Shown here piece after piece: positions 62,093-64,000 of a DNA stretch of 64,000 bases. This stretch comes from Podospora anserina (taxonomy: Eukaryota). A program made the position numbers and the translations under genes. The stretch spans positions 496,001 to 560,000 of the forward strand of contig CM030332.1 in assembly GCA_017654855.1 (NCBI GenBank), in the 5' to 3' direction. The notes beneath the pieces are model-generated. The model was not told the DNA's origin, did not search any database, and saw only the letters and a list, made by a program, of their open reading frames with translations. Each line of letters opens with the position of its first letter. The stretch's first letter is position 1.

Positions 62093-63637
62093 TTAAAAGA
62101 CGGTAACAGCACTCACAAACCCACTTCTCAACACCTCAAACACCAAGCCCGGGTACCCATACAGTGTTGTCGTAGAGTCCTCACCCCCATCAAACTTGTT
62201 ACCCATACCGGCCCCGGGTTCTTCCCACCCGCCCAGCATCTCTATACTGCTGCCCGGCGAATCACCCCAGCCGCGGTTCAGGACCATACCCCTCTGCTTC
62301 TGCTGGGCTTCGCTCTCCGAGGCATACATCGACTTCCACTCCTCCTTCAACTTCTTCTCCAGATCTGGAAAGTATGTCTCCGAGTTTGGCACTTTGTCAT
62401 CGTGATCTCCCTTGGCAAGATAGGCAATCTCCCACCTACACCGACGGTGCCGGTTGAACGGATAGGAACCCGGCACGTTGCCGTGCAAGATCAGCTTTGT
62501 TGCCACCTGTCGGTGAGGGTTTGTGGATCTGACAAGTGGTCCAGGTAGTGACTTGCCGCTTGACGAAGGGGGAGTCTCTGACGGCTCTGTGGGCGTTGAA
62601 ACCAGGATATCAAACCCAAGGTAAAAGTAATTGTAGAAACACTCCCCTGCTACATTAACAGCTTCGTCCTCGACAACCTCCTCCTCCTCCTCGTTGGATT
62701 GATAGCCGTCAGAGTGGTTCAGAGATGACTGGTCCGTATCCGTCATGTCGTCCTTGAGATCCTTGCCGTTTGGTCTCCCGGCTGCGTTGCTTGCTGTCCT
62801 CAACTTATGGATGTACATGCGCTGGTCATTCTTGCGATATATAGCATCTGGGGGCCCCAGTTCGGCTACTAGTTCCTGAGGGGTAGTCTCACCGAAGAAT
62901 ATCCAGAACGAGTTGTTGGTCCATTTCCGAAAGAGCTGTACTTTACCACCACCGTGGAGTTTCACAAGCGACACCTCATCGGGGCAGACATCTTTACCCT
63001 TGTTTAGAGGGGCGAAAGTCTTGATGCTGGGGAGCACTTCTGTCCACATTGTCTTGCGAGCCTGTGCCCACGAGTCACCACTGAAGATGGCCATGGATTG
63101 GGGCACCGCCGTGGATGACAGCAAAGAGACAACATCCTTATTTGGCGAATACTGGGTCTTTTTCATGGGAAAGACGAAACCCACGCCCGGGTACGAGAGG
63201 ATGTACAATCCAGCATTTCCAGGCTTCTTCACGAACTCTCCACCATAAGTAGGGCCCAAGAAGCGTTGGTAAATGTGTCGGAATGTTGGTTCGGGCGTGC
63301 TGTCGGCCGCGGGGAGATCGCTCGGTGGCCGGACAAGGTCTCGCTCTTTATCATTTGCTGGCTTGAAGAATATGTGGTTTTTCGTAAAGTCGATGACTTC
63401 GATTAATCGGAGTCGTTGTTCTGGCCCGTCAAATTGCAACCGGAGACCGTTGGCCGGCAAGCCAACGATGGTTTCCTTTGTAACTGGAATTTGTGAATCG
63501 TAGATCAAGTCGATCTTGGGGAAACGTTGTGGTTCGGCTTTGATTCGTGTCAATATGTCATGGAGTGAGGCCCCGAGGACAAGAAATCCAAGGGCCCGCC
63601 CGGGATACAACTGGGCAGAGAAGAGGGACGACGACAT
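62093..63637 (-). CDS. UPF0183 / PHAF1 (C16orf70)-family protein
   Basis: Likely start ATG 63637. Motifs PGRALGFLVLG, GLRLQFDGPEQRLRLIEV, FLGPTYGGE, LSYPGV.F, FYNYFYLGFDIL, KLILHGNVPG.YPFN, TTLYGYPGLVFEV. Confidence 0.85.
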   Translation of the reverse strand: MSSSLFSAQLYPGRALGFLVLGASLHDILTRIKAEPQRFPKIDLIYDSQIPVTKETIVGLPANGLRLQFDGPEQRLRLIEVIDFTKNHIFFKPANDKERDLVRPPSDLPAADSTPEPTFRHIYQRFLGPTYGGEFVKKPGNAGLYILSYPGVGFVFPMKKTQYSPNKDVVSLLSSTAVPQSMAIFSGDSWAQARKTMWTEVLPSIKTFAPLNKGKDVCPDEVSLVKLHGGGKVQLFRKWTNNSFWIFFGETTPQELVAELGPPDAIYRKNDQRMYIHKLRTASNAAGRPNGKDLKDDMTDTDQSSLNHSDGYQSNEEEEEVVEDEAVNVAGECFYNYFYLGFDILVSTPTEPSETPPSSSGKSLPGPLVRSTNPHRQVATKLILHGNVPGSYPFNRHRRCRWEIAYLAKGDHDDKVPNSETYFPDLEKKLKEEWKSMYASESEAQQKQRGMVLNRGWGDSPGSSIEMLGGWEEPGAGMGNKFDGGEDSTTTLYGYPGLVFEVLRSGFVSAVTVF

Positions 63638-64000
63638 TGCGAATAGCTTTAGCAGCGGATTAACGCCAGAAGTATTGATGAATGATGCTGATGCAAAAAG
63701 CGGACGCCTAACCTCGTAGGGAAGACGAGGACTCGAGCGCCGTACTTGATGGAAAGAGTACTTCGTAACCAAGACAAGTTCCAAAAGATATGTCGATGCG
63801 ACGCAAGAGACAATTTAAGATAACTGGATCACTCGTGACAAAGGCACTGGAGTATTGTAAAACTTTGCTTGCAGCCACTGAGCAGCTGGCGGGATCACGA
63901 GGCAGTCGCGCTGGAGCTCAGTGCTCACATGGGACGGACGGTGTAGGGGACCGCTCCAGCGGTACGTCATCCCGGCAGACAGATAAGGATAGCGAACGAT

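Overview
Eukaryotic, intron-containing filamentous-ascomycete DNA. Short GT-AG introns with CTRAC-type branch points, intron-containing tRNAs, a HET domain and RIP-like damage point to Sordariales, probably Podospora-like (inference). The window holds about 20 protein genes, 3 tRNA genes and several pseudogenes. From ~26.5 kb on it is mostly housekeeping: 2-hydroxyacid dehydrogenase, SDR, Rab4, GH2 beta-mannosidase, xylitol dehydrogenase, two FPGS-family genes, MIC60, Rab5, SAC1, MTC4-like, a DnaJ protein and PHAF1/UPF0183. The left ~26 kb is accessory-like. The standout is a minus-strand protein kinase-HET fusion gene (2104-6873) whose kinase-to-HET linker is encoded by seven consecutive single-codon (3-nt) micro-exons separated by eight phase-0 introns. 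Retaining any one of those introns gives an in-frame stop before the HET cell-death domain. The gene sits head-to-head with a paralogous stand-alone kinase. There is also a four-copy cluster of an unknown coiled-coil/Cys-domain family around a tRNA-Leu, a three-copy cluster of secreted beta/gamma-crystallin-like proteins (two decayed), and a dispersed 21-bp minisatellite. All gene models were spliced by eye and family names come from recalled motifs; no database search was run.
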